A stretch of DNA of 64,000 bases from Phycisphaeraceae bacterium (GCA_963674705.1 OY771506.1:5280001-5344000), one strand, 5' to 3'; shown: positions 39,766 to 50,170, numbered from the stretch's first letter. Program-made: numbers and translations. Notes: generated from the sequence alone by a model not told the origin.

Positions 39766-40260
39766 TCATGCGCCGTTTTCACTTGTGTCGGGCAACTCAA
39801 TATTCACACCCAATTCAATCCATTTGGCGAGGATTTCTTCTCGCGAATAGAAACCCTGGTGTCTGAACAGCTCATTGCCTTCAGCATCAAAGAAGATTTG
39901 TGTTGGGATCATCGTGACACCGTAAACCTCTCCGGCGCCGGTGTTCTCCCATACATCGATAAAAACCACATCGAACTGCCCGGCAAAATCCTCGCGTAGC
40001 GCTTCGAGGATCGGGGCCATAGCCTTGCATGGGATACACGTGTTTGCCCCCAGGTCCAGCAGTTGTGGCAATGCGGCGGCAGCAGGTTGGGCTGGCTCGT
40101 CAGGCTGTGCTTCAATAACTTCTGTTCGTAGTTCCGCTGTTGGTGGCGTGACTTCACTCGTCTGACCGGGTGTTGTCTTCTCAGTATTCTTCAGCACTAC
40201 GATGCCTGTAACTGCTACTAGTACACCTACAACAACGGCCAGCTTCATTGTCATGTTCAT
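39766..40260 (-). CDS. Membrane-anchored extracytoplasmic thioredoxin
   Basis: N-terminal TM; CIPC; IPTQIFFD. Confidence 0.88.
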   Translation of the reverse strand: MNMTMKLAVVVGVLVAVTGIVVLKNTEKTTPGQTSEVTPPTAELRTEVIEAQPDEPAQPAAAALPQLLDLGANTCIPCKAMAPILEALREDFAGQFDVVFIDVWENTGAGEVYGVTMIPTQIFFDAEGNELFRHQGFYSREEILAKWIELGVNIELPDTSENGA

Positions 40261-40266
40261 GATGGA

Positions 40267-40506
40267 TCACCCGTTGATAAGAGGTTTGATGGCGTCCGAG
40301 TCCAGTAGTTTGCCTGCACTCTTGACTTGCCCGTCCACCGCCAGCGCGGGAGTCATCATTACCCCAAACTTCGTGATCTCACCCAGGTCGGTCACCTTAA
40401 CGATTTCAAAGTCGAGCCCGAGCTGCTCGGCGGCGGCTTTAGCGTTCTCTGCAAGTTTCTGGCACTTGGGGCAGCCAGTACCCAGTATTTGAATTTTGAG
40501 CATCAC
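40267..40506 (-). CDS. Small thioredoxin-like protein (MTH895/TM0996 type)
   Basis: IQILGTGCPKC...GVMMTPALAVDG. Confidence 0.9.
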   Translation of the reverse strand: MMLKIQILGTGCPKCQKLAENAKAAAEQLGLDFEIVKVTDLGEITKFGVMMTPALAVDGQVKSAGKLLDSDAIKPLING

Positions 40507-40539
40507 GTTCTCCTTCTTCTAGATTGACATATTACACAC

Positions 40540-40944
40540 TCAGGGCAATGTCGATACTTTGGTCTTGACATAACTCACAACATGCCGGACCTGTTCATCT
40601 TGCGCCCACACACGACTGACTTTCTTGATGCCCATGTCGGTAACACGGAAATGATGAAAGTTCGAAACGCCGACTCGTTGCATGACCTTTCGGCCGCAAT
40701 CTTTGTCGCAACCGTCGATGACGATGTTTGCAGCGGCCTTGCTTGTCGCATCGATCATCGGTTCGATGTCCGCACCCAATCCCGCGAGGCAGAACATCGA
40801 TCCCGTACCCTCGGCCATCAGATGCCGGGCGGCGCGATCTGCGATCTCGCCGACGTTAGCCGCCCCGGAGCAAGCAAACATGAGTATTGTTTTTTGACGG
40901 GCGGAGTTACCGCAAGCATATGATATAGGTTCAGACATTATCAA
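40540..40944 (-). CDS. DGC-domain putative zinc-binding protein
   Basis: FACSGAANVG...CLAG...IDGCDKDC. Confidence 0.85.
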   Translation of the reverse strand: MIMSEPISYACGNSARQKTILMFACSGAANVGEIADRAARHLMAEGTGSMFCLAGLGADIEPMIDATSKAAANIVIDGCDKDCGRKVMQRVGVSNFHHFRVTDMGIKKVSRVWAQDEQVRHVVSYVKTKVSTLP

Positions 40945-40965
40945 AGCTCCATGATCGCTTAGAAG

Positions 40966-42402
40966 TTAAAACAAAGATCCATACACCCAACCGGTCAGCG
41001 TGCTCATCACGATGACAAGCGACACGAAAACCACTGTCTTCTGCGTACCCAGCACCGATCGGATCACCAACATGTTTGGCAGGCTCAAAGCAGGGCCGGC
41101 CAATAGCAACGCCAATGCCGGACCTTTGCCCATGCCGCTACCGATCAAACCCTGCAGGATCGGCACCTCGGTCAGCGTGGCAAAGTACATGAACGCGCCG
41201 ACCACGGATGCGAACAGGTTCGCCCACAGTGAATTGCCACCGACCAGCGACGCGATCCACTGACTGGGAATCATGCCCTCTTCGCCCGGACGCCCGAGCA
41301 GAAATCCCGCGATCAAGACACCGAAAAACAGCAGCGGCGTGATCTGTTTCGTGAAACCCCACGACTGATCAAACCATTCATTCGCCTCGGTAGTGCGCCT
41401 ACCGACCGATAACAAGATGGAAAGCCCGATCGTCGCCACCGCGAACGGTATCATTGCGGCGTAAGGCAAGCCGTGTTCGTAGCCGGGTAGATATGTGCCA
41501 TACGTTGGCACGAGCCAATACGCACTGAACAGCCACGCAACGATTGTGGCTAATCCGATCAGCACCATCTTCCACCAGACAATCCCAAACCATGCGATAA
41601 GAACAACAGCCAACATGATCCCGAAGCCTGATGTGATCAACCACTTACTCGACCAGATCGCATACCACAGCCCGCTGTCGCCCTGCGGCTTACCCCAGTT
41701 GGCAAATACCAACACGCCCACCATCGCCGCGAAGTAGAGTGCAGTCTGCCACAACGGCCGGGCTTCGTCATCGTCAACAAACACATCCGCGCTGGCCGCA
41801 CGCTGGGATTCCTCTTTACGATAGATCAGGTGCATCGCCAAGCCGATGATGATGCTGAAGCCGATGGCCCCGATAGCGCGGGCCGCGCCGAGTTCCGGTC
41901 CGAGTACCGCTGCTGTCAATACGATCGCCAGCACGTTGATCGCCGGCCCCGAATAGAGGAACGCCGTAGCCGGCCCTAAACCTGCACCCATCCGCCAGAT
42001 ACCGGCAAACAAAGGTAGCACCGTACAGGAGCAGACCGCCAGGATCGTTCCGCTGACCGACGCCACGCCGTACGCCACCGGCTTGGGCGCCTTGGGCCCC
42101 AGGTACTTCATCACCGCGTTCTGGCTGATGAAAACAGCGATCGCACCGGCAATGAAGAAAGCCGGCACGAGGCACAACAGCACATGTTCCTGCGCGTACC
42201 ACTTGGTCAAGGCCAGGGCTTCGACGATCGACTTGTCGAACCGTTGCCAACCCAACGGAAGAACAAAGAAGATGATGAACACCACCAGCCCAAGCAGCAG
42301 CAGCTTCCACTCACGCTTCAGGGAGGATGCGCCTGCCGTCGTCGGACAACTCATCCCTGTGGTGTTTTCGGAAGCGTCGTTAGAGGAAGCAGTCGTGCTC
42401 AT
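40966..42402 (-). CDS. arsP: ArsP/DUF318 family permease
   Basis: LAVCSCTVLPLF, FLYSGPAIN, MYFATLTEVP and GPALSLP. Confidence 0.85.
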   Translation of the reverse strand: MSTTASSNDASENTTGMSCPTTAGASSLKREWKLLLLGLVVFIIFFVLPLGWQRFDKSIVEALALTKWYAQEHVLLCLVPAFFIAGAIAVFISQNAVMKYLGPKAPKPVAYGVASVSGTILAVCSCTVLPLFAGIWRMGAGLGPATAFLYSGPAINVLAIVLTAAVLGPELGAARAIGAIGFSIIIGLAMHLIYRKEESQRAASADVFVDDDEARPLWQTALYFAAMVGVLVFANWGKPQGDSGLWYAIWSSKWLITSGFGIMLAVVLIAWFGIVWWKMVLIGLATIVAWLFSAYWLVPTYGTYLPGYEHGLPYAAMIPFAVATIGLSILLSVGRRTTEANEWFDQSWGFTKQITPLLFFGVLIAGFLLGRPGEEGMIPSQWIASLVGGNSLWANLFASVVGAFMYFATLTEVPILQGLIGSGMGKGPALALLLAGPALSLPNMLVIRSVLGTQKTVVFVSLVIVMSTLTGWVYGSLF

Positions 42403-42412
42403 ACGTGTAACC

Positions 42413-42431
42413 GTGATTAATTAATCACATA
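42413..42431. promoter_or_regulatory. Second ArsR-type operator upstream of arsP
   Basis: GTGAT-TAATTA-ATCACATA, matching the operator at 42804-42825. Confidence 0.7.
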
Positions 42432-42450
42432 TTGGGCCAAATAAAAAATG

Positions 42451-42786
42451 TCACGCCGAGGCCATTGCCTTGGACTGCGCCTTGAGGTTCTGCTCGATTG
42501 CCCGCGTGGCGCAGGCCAGGAAGTTCAGGATGCAGGGTGTGCGAAGTGAATAGTACACCTGCAACCCCTCCTTGCGCGTCTTCAGCACCCCGGCCTTGAG
42601 CATGACCGCCAGGTGTCGCGACGTGTTGGACCGCTCGGCCCCGATCCGCTCGGCGATCTCACACACGCAGACCTCGCCGTCCTTGAGCAATTCCACGATC
42701 GCGACCCGGATCGGATGGGCCAATGCACTGATTATCTGGGCCTGCATCTCGTAGCGTTGCCAATTATTCTTGATCTTTGACTTCAT
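42451..42786 (-). CDS. arsR: ArsR/SmtB family metalloregulator
   Basis: ALAHPIR...GEVCVCEI...SRHL. Confidence 0.9.
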   Translation of the reverse strand: MKSKIKNNWQRYEMQAQIISALAHPIRVAIVELLKDGEVCVCEIAERIGAERSNTSRHLAVMLKAGVLKTRKEGLQVYYSLRTPCILNFLACATRAIEQNLKAQSKAMASA

Positions 42787-42803
42787 CGTGGGCTCCGAAC
42801 AAA

Positions 42804-42838
42804 TATGTGATAATATAATCACATAGTAGCGAAGTCAA
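42804..42838 (-). promoter_or_regulatory. Sigma70-type promoter overlapped by an 8-6-8 operator
   Basis: TTGACT (42838-42833), N17, TATTAT (42815-42810); inverted repeat TATGTGAT-N6-ATCACATA at 42804-42825. Confidence 0.75.
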
Positions 42839-42953
42839 GTTGATTGGCGGGAGGGATCGATCGTTTAGTTCCCGCCCTCTGAGAATTACTTCCCCACAGA
42901 CTAAAGACAGGATGACTCAGCTACTGATCGGCTGATGGGTAGTGTTTCACACT

Positions 42954-43610
42954 TCACTGATACCGCTTCGCCCTCTGTATCAGGTCCCTACCCAGCACGG
43001 GTAGTGCGGCCCTTTGTTCGGCGGAGGTGTTGTAGAGGAGTTTGCGCTGCAGAGGGCTGGCTTCGGCCATGGCTTTGGCGGGGTCTTTGAAGACGTCGGC
43101 GGCGGGATTCTGATTGACCCATTTGAGAAACTCCCCGTCGCGATCCATGGTGTTGATCATGAAGAGGATACGGTCAAGGAACGGACCCTTCTGGGCCTGC
43201 GGAAGCTGCTGATACTGGTCGGCGAGATTGTAGGCGAGTGCGAATTCCATCTGGGTGCGGATTGTGCGAGCGGTCGCGCGGTCAAGACCTGCGTCGCGCC
43301 ATTGCTTTTTAAAAGCAAGGCGGTCGTCGGCGTTTGCGTTGAAGTAGCGGGTAGCCAGTTCACTAACCAGGCGGTCGCGCTGTGCGGAGCTGATGCGGTC
43401 GTTGTTTTCAGAGAGGAACGCGACGAGGTCCTGGTGTGGCGCGTCGAGGGATGGTGGGATAGGCGGGACGAGGGCACGCCAGGTGAGAACGCCGCCGAGT
43501 GCAACGGCGAGTAAGCAGAGGCAGATAGCGGACCACTTGCGTGCGGGGGTGGCGTTGATCCAGTTGAGTAGACGACGGCGCGGGGAGGGCTTGCTTTTGG
43601 CGTGTTTCAT
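42954..43610 (-). CDS. Hypothetical single-pass membrane protein
   Basis: Basic N-terminus, TM helix and helical domain; ATGA overlap with the upstream gene. Confidence 0.7.
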   Translation of the reverse strand: MKHAKSKPSPRRRLLNWINATPARKWSAICLCLLAVALGGVLTWRALVPPIPPSLDAPHQDLVAFLSENNDRISSAQRDRLVSELATRYFNANADDRLAFKKQWRDAGLDRATARTIRTQMEFALAYNLADQYQQLPQAQKGPFLDRILFMINTMDRDGEFLKWVNQNPAADVFKDPAKAMAEASPLQRKLLYNTSAEQRAALPVLGRDLIQRAKRYQ

Positions 43611-44170
43611 TGTTCGACCTCCTCTGAGGTGGGAACCTGGTCCCAGAGCCAGTCGACATGGGTGTCGTAGTAGACGGTCTGCTGGGGATTGGCGATGTCC
43701 TTTGGCGCGGGGTGGAACTTGGCTGCATCGGAGAGGATGGGGACGATCTCGGGCTTCTTGCGGGCAACGTCGGCGATGACCTTTGCGTTCACAGGGTTGA
43801 GCATGATCGCTGCACCGGGGAGGTATTCGTAGCTGGTGCCGCGATCGAGGAAGTAGCCGCGGTCGTCTGAAGGGCATTGGTAGACATCCATGGCGGGGAC
43901 CTCGTTTTCGAGCACAGCCATGATCGTGACCTCATTGGGTGGTGCAACGTCGACGGGCTGCGGGAGGCTGACGGCGGCGGGCATGAGGTCGGGGTGTTTG
44001 TCGGCGTAGATCGCCCAGCCGGCGCCGATGTTTTTCAGTTGTGCTTTACATCTGGTAGACCGTGCGGAGCGCATGGCTGCGCCGAGCGCGGGCATGAGGA
44101 TACCGACGAGTAACGATATGATGGCGATCACAACGAGCAGTTCGATGAGGGTGAATGCGTTGCGTTTCAT
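43607..44170 (-). CDS. Prepilin-type N-terminal cleavage/methylation protein
   Basis: [24 protein letters not shown]; degenerate C-terminal H...YYDTHV. Confidence 0.88.
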   Translation of the reverse strand: MKRNAFTLIELLVVIAIISLLVGILMPALGAAMRSARSTRCKAQLKNIGAGWAIYADKHPDLMPAAVSLPQPVDVAPPNEVTIMAVLENEVPAMDVYQCPSDDRGYFLDRGTSYEYLPGAAIMLNPVNAKVIADVARKKPEIVPILSDAAKFHPAPKDIANPQQTVYYDTHVDWLWDQVPTSEEVEQ

Positions 44171-45360
44171 GGCATGGTCTCTGCCTGAAGTTTGCCTGTG
44201 ATGATGCGGGTTGAGCCGTCGGGTTGCGTCCAGCGCATGAGCGTTTGTTCATCGCCGAAGCGTACACGTTGACCGAAGTATTGGGGCTTGGCGTTGCTGT
44301 CTTGTAATTGGAAGTAGAAGAGCCCTGCAGCGATGGCGTCGCCGAGCGCGTCGCGTTGAGCTTGCTCGGTGTTCATCGGTTCGGGCAGGTTATGCCAGGT
44401 GGATGCGGGACGAAGCGCGATCATGACGATCTTGGCAAGGCTCTCCCATGCAACCATTTCCGTAGCGGGGTACCGGCCTTGCTTGAGCGTGGCGTAGCGG
44501 TTGAACGTGCGGATCAGCGGTTGTTCGCCGGGCGAGGGAACGACGAGCGGGTCGATGCGGTCATATTGCATCGGCAGGTCGAGCGTGAAGGTGTCTGCAT
44601 CGATGGGTTCATGCCAGGTGAACTGATCGAGTTGCCACGTGAGGACTTCGCGATCGTTAAGCGGGACGCGGACGGTTATCTGCTGAGGCAATTGGGTAGC
44701 GGAGTCGACCCAGACGTCGAGCGTACTTTCATCGGACAGGCCGACGGCTTTGGCGGGGATGCGGAAGCCGATCATGTCGGGATGTTCGGCGGATTCGCTG
44801 ATAGGAACAGGCTTGATCTTGTCGGAAATGTTGCCCAATCGGCGCACGAGGGTGGTGGGATCGAACTGAAGCAAAGACCGTGCATCGATTTCATCAGGCA
44901 AGTTGATGGGAATGATGGCTCTGTGAGTATGGTCGACAAGGATGGGTAGGCCTTGCCTGGGAAGCCAGAACTGTGCCAGTGGCATACCGAGCGCATCGAT
45001 GTCGAGCCGGACGCCCAGGTCGCGGTCTGCCCAGGATTGCCCCGTGCTGAGCGGGATGGATTTATCGTCCTGAAAGAGTGTGAGTGAGGAGTGGAAACGG
45101 ATGGTAGGCGAGCGTTCGATGCAGCGCTGCACCGCAGCGAAGCTGACGCCGGAAGAAGGCATAAGCAGGAGCATGAAGACGAATAGGAGGATCGCTGCGC
45201 TGGAGGTTAACGCAGCGATCCAACCCGCGATGGTACGGCGGTGTTTACGGCGTTGGGACGCGACGTGATCGAGTACGCGCCGGCGTGTAGCGTCGAGCCA
45301 AGCGTGGTCCGGGTCGTCGGACGGGAGGGTTTTGAATATGTCTCGCATGGGATCGTTCAT
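44167..45360 (-). CDS. Putative anti-sigma factor with LolA-like extracytoplasmic domain
   Basis: Short cytoplasmic N-terminus, TM helix, [16 protein letters not shown]; coupled to the ECF sigma gene. Confidence 0.65.
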   Translation of the reverse strand: MNDPMRDIFKTLPSDDPDHAWLDATRRRVLDHVASQRRKHRRTIAGWIAALTSSAAILLFVFMLLLMPSSGVSFAAVQRCIERSPTIRFHSSLTLFQDDKSIPLSTGQSWADRDLGVRLDIDALGMPLAQFWLPRQGLPILVDHTHRAIIPINLPDEIDARSLLQFDPTTLVRRLGNISDKIKPVPISESAEHPDMIGFRIPAKAVGLSDESTLDVWVDSATQLPQQITVRVPLNDREVLTWQLDQFTWHEPIDADTFTLDLPMQYDRIDPLVVPSPGEQPLIRTFNRYATLKQGRYPATEMVAWESLAKIVMIALRPASTWHNLPEPMNTEQAQRDALGDAIAAGLFYFQLQDSNAKPQYFGQRVRFGDEQTLMRWTQPDGSTRIITGKLQAETMP

Positions 45361-45926
45361 GACTGGATTCCTGTTGATTGGAGCGATCCGTAGCGTTCAC
45401 GGAAGCGTTTGCGTGCGCGGTAGAGCAGGTTTTCGACGGATTTTTCGGAGCGGTTGATGCGTTCGGCTATTTGGCGGACGGTCAGGCTGTCACGGTACAT
45501 CCAGTTGAGCACGTCGCGTTGGGGTGGCGGCATGTTGGCGAGGACGGCGCGGACACGTTCGGCGTCGTGGTCGGTTTGTGTGTTAGGTACGGGAGGATCT
45601 TCGAGCAACTCACCGACGAGACGGAGGCGCGTGCGTTTCCGCTTGTGGTCGGCCAGCTTGCGTCGTGCGATGCCGAAAAGCCATTGGGAGACGGAACCGC
45701 GGTCGGGATCGAATTGTTCGATGGATTCGACGGCGGCGAGAAATGTCTCCGCGGCGAGGTCGTCAGCGACGGCGGCGTTGCCTGCGGTCCGGCTGTGTAT
45801 AAAACGCCAGATGTCGCGGGCGTGCTGATCGTATAACGATGCCCATGCGTCAGGATCATGGTCGGCAAGTCCCTTGTTGAATGGTTTCGACTGCAAGGCA
45901 AATCCCGGGGGCCACAGTGGATACAC
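45357..45926 (-). CDS. ECF RNA polymerase sigma factor
   Basis: DDLAAETF...WLFGIARR (region 2) and QIAERINRSEKSVENLLYRAR (region 4). Confidence 0.9.
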   Translation of the reverse strand: MYPLWPPGFALQSKPFNKGLADHDPDAWASLYDQHARDIWRFIHSRTAGNAAVADDLAAETFLAAVESIEQFDPDRGSVSQWLFGIARRKLADHKRKRTRLRLVGELLEDPPVPNTQTDHDAERVRAVLANMPPPQRDVLNWMYRDSLTVRQIAERINRSEKSVENLLYRARKRFRERYGSLQSTGIQS

Positions 45927-46020
45927 AGCGGTTAGTGCCGCGCGTCTTCGTATATGTTTACGTAACGGCCGGTGGAATCACTCGCGCAAATTTGGAAATT
46001 CGGACAAAAAAGTGTGGCGG

Positions 46021-46134
46021 TGTGGGGAATTGTATTTATGATCTAGGATTGATGATTTAGGATTTGTGCAAATGGCTAACGGCTAATGGCTTTCTCCCCC
46101 CCAACGCCGGTCCTGAGCGAAGCGAAGGGCCGGG
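46021..46134 (+). repeat. Composite dispersed repeat, copy 1
   Basis: Heptamer blocks plus the core CCCCAACGCCGGTCCTGAGCGAAGCGAAGGGCCGGG (46099-46134). Confidence 0.85.
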
Positions 46135-46170
46135 TATCTTCACCCCAACTTCACACAGGATCGTGCGCAT

Positions 46171-46203
46171 AAAAAAACCGGCCCCCGCGAGGCGAGAACC
46201 GGT
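46171..46203 (-). terminator. Probable ilvC terminator
   Basis: ACCGG...CCGGT stem followed by a T run on the minus strand. Confidence 0.55.
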
Positions 46204-46250
46204 GATGATATTTGCTTGGTTTTCGGGACTCGATTCCCGCCAGCCGGGAT

Positions 46251-47255
46251 TTACATTTCCACGGCCTTGAGCCACGGCATCATGGCACGCAGCTTCTTGC
46301 CGACCTTTTCGATCGGGTGGTTCTTGTCCTTCTCGCGAGCGGCCTTGAACCAGGGGAAGCCCTTCTCGAAGTCGTCGCGGAAGGTCTTGGCGAAGGTGCC
46401 GTCCTGAATTTCTTTGAGGGCCTTCTTCATTTCGGCGCGGGTGGCTTGGGTGATGATGCGTGGACCCATGTGGTAGTCGCCGAACTCGGCGGTGTTGGAA
46501 ACGGAGTAGCGCATGTAGTTGAGGCCGCCGCGCTCGATCAGGTCGATGATGAGCTTCAGCTCGTGGCAGACTTCGTAGTAGGCCATCTCGGGGGCATAGC
46601 CTGCTTCGGTGAGGGTCTCGAAGCCGGCCTTGATCAGTTCGCTCAGGCCGCCGCAGAGCACGACCTGTTCGCCGAAGAGGTCGGTTTCGACTTCATCCTT
46701 GAAGGTGGAGACGATGACGCCGGCGCGGGCGCCGCCGATGGCGATGGTCCATGCCATGGCGATGTCCTGGGCGTTGCCGGTGGCGTCCTGCTCAACCGCG
46801 ATGAGGCAAGGCACGCCGCCGCCGCGTTCATATTCACTTCGGACGACATGGCCGGGGCCCTTGGGGGCGACCATGACGACGTTGATGTCCTTCGGGGGGA
46901 CGATGGTCTTGAAGTGGATATTGAAGCCGTGGGTGGCGACGAAGGTCTGGCCGGCCTTGAGGTTGGGGCCGATCTCTTTTTCGTAGATGGTGGGCTGCAA
47001 CTCGTCGGGGAGGGTGACGAGGATGACGTCAGCCTGCTTGACGGCCTCGGCTGCTTTCAGGGGCTTGAAGCCGGCCTCTACCGCAGCCTTGTAGTTGTCC
47101 GTGCCTTCCAGCTCGGCGACGATGACGTTAATGCCGCTGTCCCGGCCGTTTTGAGCGTGGGCGTGGCCCTGCGAGCCGAAGCCGATGATGGCCACGGTCT
47201 TACCCTGAAGGGGCGCAAGCGAGCCGTCCGATTCTTTGAGGATTTCAACCGCCAT
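46251..47255 (-). CDS. ilvC: Ketol-acid reductoisomerase
   Basis: GFGSQGHAHA, APKGPGH, ETDLFGEQ and SNTAEFG; GGAG RBS. Confidence 0.97.
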   Translation of the reverse strand: MAVEILKESDGSLAPLQGKTVAIIGFGSQGHAHAQNGRDSGINVIVAELEGTDNYKAAVEAGFKPLKAAEAVKQADVILVTLPDELQPTIYEKEIGPNLKAGQTFVATHGFNIHFKTIVPPKDINVVMVAPKGPGHVVRSEYERGGGVPCLIAVEQDATGNAQDIAMAWTIAIGGARAGVIVSTFKDEVETDLFGEQVVLCGGLSELIKAGFETLTEAGYAPEMAYYEVCHELKLIIDLIERGGLNYMRYSVSNTAEFGDYHMGPRIITQATRAEMKKALKEIQDGTFAKTFRDDFEKGFPWFKAAREKDKNHPIEKVGKKLRAMMPWLKAVEM

Positions 47256-47431
47256 TTTTATCTCCTGGGGTCTGTATATCACGGGTCGGCGGGGTCCCAA
47301 GTGGCCAACCACGCGAGCCTTGTAAGGTAGTTGGGTCAGTGAGGGGCGTCAAATGTCGCCGGATCGACGAAGCAAAACAGAGCCGTGTCGCCCACGACGC
47401 GGTCCGCCGTGAGCCCGCGGCGGCCCAGTAT

Positions 47432-48358
47432 TCATACACGGTCCAAAGTCAGCACCTGTTCCTCGGCGTGGTAGCTGGAGCGGACCAAGGGGCCCGACTC
47501 AACGTGGCCGAAGCCGATCTGTTCGCCGATGCGCTTGTATTCAGCGAACTGCTCAGGTGTAACCCAGCGGGTGATCGGCAGGTGGTTGCGAGTCGGCTGC
47601 AGGTATTGGCCGATCGTGAGGATGTCGCACTTCGAGCCGTCGACGATGTCCTGCATGACCTGCGTGACTTCCTCATCCGTTTCGCCGATGCCGACCATGA
47701 TGCCGGTCTTGGTTCGCAGGCCCTGATCCTTGCAGCGACGTAACAGCTCGATCGAACGGTCGTACTTCGCCTGTGGCCGAACGACCTTGTACATCCGCCG
47801 GACGGTTTCCATGTTGTGATTCAGGATGTCCGGCCGGGCATCGATAACTTTCTGCAATGCGTCCCAATCGCCGCAGAAGTCAGGAATAAGCACCTCGATC
47901 GACGTGCCGGGTGATTTTTCGCGGATGGCGTAGATCGTCTCCGCCCAGATGCCCGCCCCACCGTCGGGTAGCTCATCGCGGTTGACGCTGGTCATGACCA
48001 GGTGCTTGAGCCCCATAAGGGCCGCCGCCTCGCCGACGCGTCGTGGCTCGTCAGTATCGAGGACCGGAGGCCTGCCGGTCTTGATGTGGCAGAAGCCGCA
48101 GGACCGCGTGCAGACGTCACCGAGGATCATGATGGTGGCCGTGCCCCGTGCCCAGCATTCGCCCATATTCGGGCATTTGGCGGACTCACAGACGGTGTGC
48201 AGCGCATGCTCATCAACCAGCGACCGCAGACGCGTATAACCGGGCCCGCCGGGCAGCTTGGCACGGAGCCAGCCGGGCTTCTTCTTGCGGACAAACTCCA
48301 ACGGCTTAGCCGCCGGGCCGTTGTCCAGCACTTGTTCGGACAGGGAATAGCTCTTCAC
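47432..48358 (-). CDS. lipA: Lipoyl synthase
   Basis: [20 protein letters not shown] and RSSY. Confidence 0.97.
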   Translation of the reverse strand: MKSYSLSEQVLDNGPAAKPLEFVRKKKPGWLRAKLPGGPGYTRLRSLVDEHALHTVCESAKCPNMGECWARGTATIMILGDVCTRSCGFCHIKTGRPPVLDTDEPRRVGEAAALMGLKHLVMTSVNRDELPDGGAGIWAETIYAIREKSPGTSIEVLIPDFCGDWDALQKVIDARPDILNHNMETVRRMYKVVRPQAKYDRSIELLRRCKDQGLRTKTGIMVGIGETDEEVTQVMQDIVDGSKCDILTIGQYLQPTRNHLPITRWVTPEQFAEYKRIGEQIGFGHVESGPLVRSSYHAEEQVLTLDRV

Positions 48359-48402
48359 GGAAGTAGTTTAGCAGGCCAAGGCAACCGGGCCCAATGGCGA
48401 AG

Positions 48403-48445
48403 AAAAACACCTCGAACAAACGGGTTGTCCGAGGTGTTTGGTTTC
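48403..48445. terminator. Intrinsic terminator after the PEP-CTERM cluster
   Basis: AAACACCTCG...CGAGGTGTTT stem with A/T tails. Confidence 0.65.
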
Positions 48446-48491
48446 AAGATACGTTTGTGCAGTATGAGGTAAGACGATTTTCGCTCTTCGA

Positions 48492-49151
48492 TCAGACGCG
48501 ACGCCTGAACATCGCTAAACCACCCAGCCCCAAAAGCGCCGCCGTCGCCGGCTCGGGAACGGTCACGTAAGTGCGGAAGTCAAAGTCTGATGCTTCCAAG
48601 AAGGTGGACCAGTTGTCTACGGATTCATTTGTGTTGAAGTAGAACGCGTCTCCTCCAACATAAGACGCGACCGACTCGAGGTGCCCGAACATGTGGATGG
48701 GGCCACTGGTTGCGTTACCGATGGACTGAACGGCCAGAATGTCACCGACGTTGACAGTCAATCCAGCGGCGCTGAAGTCGAATCGGTAGACCCGATCCGC
48801 ACCCAGATCAGGCCAACCTTCCGACACAATCGTCGCCGAAGTCGATGAGGCTAACACGACCGAACCGCTGGCTCCGCCGATCGGGACGCCACCGCTGGTC
48901 TGAAGGATCCGCAATTCCGCAGGCGTATTGAGATTCCCGTGGATCTCCACACTCTCCAACATGCCCGTCTGGCCTACCGTAAACGTCTGTGCCACGCCTG
49001 TCGTGCCGTCGCTAAAAACAGGCTGACCGAACTCCGGGAATAAGTCCGGAAAGAATTCCTGATCCAGCACGACCTGGGCGTGTGCTGTGGATGCACCCAC
49101 GGCCGATACGATGGCAAGTGCGACGACATTCAGTTTCCCAACGATTTTCAT
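48492..49151 (-). CDS. PEP-CTERM protein
   Basis: Signal peptide; VLDQEFFP...AQTFTV; FRTYVTVPEPATAALLGLGGLAMFRRRV. Confidence 0.88.
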   Translation of the reverse strand: MKIVGKLNVVALAIVSAVGASTAHAQVVLDQEFFPDLFPEFGQPVFSDGTTGVAQTFTVGQTGMLESVEIHGNLNTPAELRILQTSGGVPIGGASGSVVLASSTSATIVSEGWPDLGADRVYRFDFSAAGLTVNVGDILAVQSIGNATSGPIHMFGHLESVASYVGGDAFYFNTNESVDNWSTFLEASDFDFRTYVTVPEPATAALLGLGGLAMFRRRV

Positions 49152-49221
49152 AGCCTGTTTTCCTTCCGGCTGAGTTCCAGCCTTGATAGACAAAGAGTTG
49201 TTCGGTTTGCAGGAATCACAA

Positions 49222-49863
49222 TCAACAATACACACGCTTCGACCGGCGCAAGGCTGCCAACCCGCCGATCGCCAGCAGCGCCGCCGACGCCGGCTCGGGA
49301 ACGGTCACGTAGGTACGGAAGCGCATATCCGTCCCGGGATAGAGCGTCCAATTGCTGTTGGATGTGTTGAACGTGAAAACCTGGCCTCCGGGGTAGTCCA
49401 CATTACTGTGCCCGCGCCATGAGGCAAGTCCAATCGGATCGTTAATCGGTTCGATCGCCAGGATGTCACCGACGTTGACAATCAAGCCAGCGCCGCTGAG
49501 ATCAAATCGTTGGATGTCGCCCGGCAGAGATGTCACCAATGTCGTCGAAGCCAGAACGACAGAAGTGCCGGCGCCGCCGAGGGGAACGCCGCCGATGGTC
49601 TGGAGGATACGCAGTTCGGTCAGCGGGAAGGCGATACCGGCATGGATCTCCACGCTGTCCAGAACGCCCGCCTGCTCCACCGTAAACGTCTGTGTAACGC
49701 CCCACGAGAGATCCTGTGGGCTTATTACAGAACCAAAATCCGACCGATCGGTCGGGAAGAATTCCTGATCCAACACGGTTGTGGCGGATGTCGTGGCTAC
49801 GCCCAACAATGAGACAACGGTGAAAACCAATGCGATGACGTTCAGTTTTCCAGCAATTTTCAT
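49222..49863 (-). CDS. PEP-CTERM protein, tandem paralogue
   Basis: VLDQEFFP...TQTFTV; FRTYVTVPEPASAALLAIGGLAALRR. Confidence 0.88.
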   Translation of the reverse strand: MKIAGKLNVIALVFTVVSLLGVATTSATTVLDQEFFPTDRSDFGSVISPQDLSWGVTQTFTVEQAGVLDSVEIHAGIAFPLTELRILQTIGGVPLGGAGTSVVLASTTLVTSLPGDIQRFDLSGAGLIVNVGDILAIEPINDPIGLASWRGHSNVDYPGGQVFTFNTSNSNWTLYPGTDMRFRTYVTVPEPASAALLAIGGLAALRRSKRVYC

Positions 49864-49927
49864 GACCTGTTTTCCTTCTGGCTGAATTACAGCCTTAATT
49901 GGGTTGTTCAGTTTGTAGAATTCGAAA

Positions 49928-50170
49928 TCAACAACACACGCGCTTGCCCCGAAGCAGTGCGATTGCCTCAAACATCAACGGGACCAGCGACACGGTATTC
50001 GTGAATGAAAAGTCCACAGTAAAGATTCGGCTGACAATGTTTTTATTAAGGTTGCTGGACAGGACGGCCGCCCCTGTCGTCGCCGGGCTCTTCTCAAGCA
50101 GAACAACTGCCTTCGCCGATGCCAGCATCGACAAACCGATCACTACCATGAGATAGTGTTTGATGACTTC
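49928..50170 (-). pseudogene. Probable internally deleted PEP-CTERM gene remnant
   Basis: Signal-like N-terminus joined almost directly to a TM/basic tail ending KRVCC, like KRVYC of its neighbour; no PEP motif. Confidence 0.45.

Noticed and set aside
43611..43877. N-terminal extension of the 307-aa ORF
   Set aside because: It overlaps the prepilin gene. The ATG at 43610 with an RBS and ATGA coupling is the better start.
46212..47330. 372-aa antisense ORF
   Set aside because: Shadow of ilvC with no recognisable motifs.
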